Shown here piece by piece: positions 60,746 to 64,000 of a stretch of DNA of 64,000 nucleotides. Each line of letters begins with the position of its first letter. The stretch's first letter is position 1. A program made the position numbers and the translations under genes. The DNA is taken from contig NC_083236.1 of NCBI RefSeq assembly GCF_032191835.1, forward strand, positions 40,238,001-40,302,000, in the 5' to 3' direction. Source of the DNA: Heteronotia binoei (Eukaryota). The notes below the pieces were generated by a model that made no database searches, had not been told where the DNA came from, and saw only the letters and a program-made list of their open reading frames with translations.

Positions 60746-61699
60746 TGTAAGAAAATACCCCTAATATTCAGAACATCGTAGTCACCCGTCTGGTTGCTGG
60801 GGTGCCTGGAGACTGAACTCATACACATCTCCTAGGAGAACGTGGGTTTGTCTACCAGACTGGAAAGGACTCATGAGTACTACCAGCCACAATGCTACAG
60901 CAGCACTCCAGGCTTCTGGAGGAGTGCTAGCCAGGAGAATGGATGGTTTCCAGTCACGTCTTGCGAACACCATCTCTATCATTGGAGCGGAAGAAGGTGT
61001 GCTGCTAGGAGCTATCCATGCCATGCAGTTTTCAGCCTTGACCATAGAATCCATTTTGGGAGGCTAACACCAGCTATCTTCCTGCAATGCCAAGACTCCA
61101 TTTCAGCGAAGCGGGAGGCTCACGTATTCAACAGATGTCTCCCATCCATGAGGCCATCAAGCTTATCTAGGTGTGGATCTTGCCGGACCGCCTAAGCCTT
61201 TGTCTAACGGAACTCAAGACAAAGACTAGTGCCAAGAAGAAGACTGAAGAAGAAGAAGACCATCTTCAGCCAGAGCCAAGTTCCTTTGTGTAAACCGGGT
61301 GTTACCTTAGGTAGCAATTTGGCCATCTATTGTCACCTTTTTAGATAAGTTTAATAGTCTTAAGCACACATCCACCCAGTAATTTCCTCCATTCTTTTCC
61401 CTAATGGTCATCCTGGAGCCTCCCCCATGGCCCATTGTTACCTGGACAGCCAATCAGGTAACTAAGGCCAAGTCCATTCATTGGCTAGCTATGAGCATCC
61501 AATCAGGGGTTGCCAACTAATTGGCTATTGGCTACTGCACTAGTCCAGCCCTTACGGTCACTGCAGAGCCTCCCCTTTTCTGAGGCTGACCACCTGTCAT
61601 CCACCCCTGTACTTCCCATCCCCTAAGGGCTCAAAGTAGTCCTTATAACCTCTGACCCAGCTCCTCACAGGTGTGCAGCTAGCATGTATACTGTTTTAT

Positions 61700-61840
61700 A
61701 CTGTTTATACATCTAGCATGTATACTGATGTATACTGTTTTACTGTTATATCATGATATTTTATATCATGTCTTGTAAGCCGCCCTGAGCCTGCCTCAGC
61801 GGGGAGGGCGGGGTATAAATAAAATTTATTATTATTATTT
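61700..61840 (+). mobile_element. L2 3' terminus with (TAT)n tail
   Basis: TGTAAGCCGCCCTGAGCCTGCCTCAGCGGGGAGGGCGGGGTATAAAT. Confidence 0.82.
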
Positions 61841-62228
61841 TTCCTAGGACTGTATGTATGTTTCATGAGCACATTGCCTTGTATATATGCCTATATTTTT
61901 TTCTGGAATAAATTTTAATTGTTTTACTTAATTAGAGTCCTTGATAAATTTAAGCATTAATTTCTGGACGTGGAACCTGTATACATAGATAAAAGATCCT
62001 GATTAAGCCAGGTGCCCACCTGACAATTCCCCATCCTCGTTTTGAGGGCGTTTTGGCTTACCCTCTAACTAATGACATCTGTGCCCTACAGGACCTAATG
62101 TACTTCCATGTTCTGCTAGACCTATGGTTGCGGAAAGCAACAGTTGACATCAGGCCTGGCTTCCTTTATCCTTCATCTCTTCACCCCTCCAAGGGGTAGG
62201 ATACAAATATTTAATGCCATCTGGAACA

Positions 62229-62400
62229 TTAGGGTTTGTAGAATCTTTCGGGATCAAGTGCTGTGTTCTACTGGAGAAAGTTTTCCTTCCAGACGTTTCG
62301 TTCTCAGCTGGAAGGAAAACTTTCTCCAGTAGAACACGGCACTTGATCCCGAAAGATTCTACAAACCCTAATGATGTTACCAGCCGTGAAAACCTGAAAT
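62229..62400 (+). mobile_element. Short Penelope-like insertion with inverted 5' duplication
   Basis: 66-bp inverted arms (62227-62292 / 62308-62373) with 1 mismatch; GAAACGTC motif; CCAGCCGTGAAAACCT end; 12-bp TSD CCATCTGGAACA at 62217-62228 and 62401-62412. Confidence 0.75.
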
Positions 62401-63485
62401 CCATCTGGAACAGTTTGATTGTTGCTGTTTTACATTTTTATCCTGTTTTCTATTTTTGTATTTTCTGGAAAGATAGAGTGTATTTATTGAAAGTTGTGAA
62501 TGGCCCTGAGCCCTATTGGAGGAGAGTGGTCTAGAAATCAAGCCATCAAGTCATCATCAAGCAATCAAACAAACAAATAAAGTACATTTTAATCTGTTGG
62601 CTGTGTTGCTGGCCCTGATGAGGGCAGGAAGGTGGGATATCCATTTTGCAAATGCATAAAGTATATCTGAGGTGTGGCTGATCAAAGCTGTTTAACATGA
62701 TATCTTTGCCTGAGAAACATGATCAACATGAAGTGTGTGGCATCTTTACTCCAGGATCCTAATTTCCACAGTAGCCACCAGATTCACTAGAAGGTTCGAC
62801 AAAGAAACAAAAACTCCCTCCACCATATGAGGTGCCGTTTAGTCATAATGGCCAATCTTCCATGTATTTTTCTGATTTTTATAGATGCCTATGCTAGTAG
62901 TCATCACTATTTATAACCTGGTAGCAAACCATAAGTTGCTGTCACATCTCAAATAATGCAATGTGTTCTTTCCTCCAAAATTAGGATACTAAGTCAGGAT
63001 TAAACCAATGTTTGAAGTTTGGGTTTGTAGGAGAGATTTTTTTAAAAAATTGACATTTGGACATAATTTCAAAAGACTCCGGTTAGATACCACAGGAGCA
63101 CTTCTTATCAAGCTGTGCATGAAGACAGGCAGATGGGGGAAAGGACATGCATAACCAAGGATGCCACAATTGATTCATTTCATTTGCCATTCCATCTGTA
63201 AGTGTGTTTTGCATCCTGGGTCAATAGTGGCAATTTGTGTTAGGGACAAGATCTGGCAGCTTAGTGCTAATACATGAACTAAATGTTGAGGGTCATCAGA
63301 GCTTAAGTGAAGAAATGCATCCCCCCCCCCCCCTTTGGAGGTCTGAAATGAGCAAAACCTTCAATCTGAGTTTTAAGGGTATTTTTCCTTCACTGGACAA
63401 AGAACAAGAAGGAAGGGGAAGAGTGAGTTCAAATGCTTTCCAGACTTACCTCAACCCACCTTCATACAAATGCTAATAAGTCTAG

Positions 63486-63640
63486 AGGTAAAGGTAATCC
63501 CCTGTGCAAACATGGAGTCATTACTGACCCATGGGATGATGTCACACCATGACTTTTCTTGGCAGACTTTTTATGGGGTGGTTTACCATTGCCTTCACCA
63601 GTCATCTACATTTTACCCCCAGCAAGCTGGGTACTTATTT
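63486..63640 (-). mobile_element. Sauria SINE / BovB-type 3' end
   Basis: AGGTAAAGGTAATCCCCTGTGCAA..GGTTTACCATTGCCTTC..CAGTCATCTACA, antisense of the 741-1026 tail. Confidence 0.75.
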
Positions 63641-63859
63641 TATAAGAATCAATTAGATGGGCCAGTCCCCAACTCCCCAAGCAATGAACAGAGATTTGAA
63701 GGAATTAAGACTAGAAAGACTTCAGGAAGAAATTTCTGAAGACATCAGCAGAAACTTCCCTGACCTGGCTTGACTGGGTCAGTAGGCTGAGAAAAGAAGA
63801 TAAAACTCCTAGAAGCAAGGAGGAAGGCAAGTCCATCAGAGCAGGCAGAACCCTTAATG

Positions 63860-63903
63860 GAGGCCTAATATACAAAGGAGTTCCTGCTACAAAACAAGCC
63901 CTG
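63860..63903. mobile_element. Right-arm remnant of the palindromic hAT MITE
   Basis: GGCCTAATATACAAAGGAGTTCCTGCTACAAAACAAGCCCTG. Confidence 0.7.
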
Positions 63904-64000
63904 AGAACAATTATCAGATCTGAAGGCACTTGCCTGTTTCTGAATGTTGGAAATAGGAATGTATTTGGAGAATTCACTTCATTTGGATCAGATCACAATT

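Noticed and set aside
62065-62200. Branch point plus acceptor (CTAAC..CCCTACAG) exon
   Set aside because: Peptide not recognised, donor weak, no other support
1-64000. Endogenous viral element or prokaryotic defence/operon system
   Set aside because: No viral or bacterial-type ORFs; every long ORF is explained by non-LTR or Penelope retroelements

Overview
This window is vertebrate nuclear DNA from a squamate reptile, most likely a gecko. That call is an inference from abundant long Squam3-type tRNA-SINEs together with Sauria/Squam1, Squam2 and 5S-derived SINEs. It is repeat-dense intronic or intergenic sequence with two short assembly gaps, and I could not recognise any host protein-coding gene. 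All long ORFs belong to retroelements: a near-full-length non-BovB RTE LINE (~10.43-13.49 kb, minus strand, AviRTE-like by my recollection of that protein), a young 5'-truncated L2 (~26.0-27.7 kb), a Penelope-like element with RT-thumb and GIY-YIG remnants (~37.4-39.0 kb) and two RTE-X-like 3' ends. Many hAT and PIF/Harbinger MITEs are present, several with exact TSDs and two with an empty-site paralog inside the window. The strongest leads are the possible horizontally transferred RTE, a palindromic hAT MITE family carrying mirrored octamer/CACCC/CCAAT motifs (at least 8 copies), a dispersed element with an expandable array of alternating hairpins, a Penelope-borne minimal hammerhead core, and a CpG-retaining non-repeat regulatory island at ~20.2-20.95 kb. 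Family names come from recognition, not database searches, and most boundaries are approximate.
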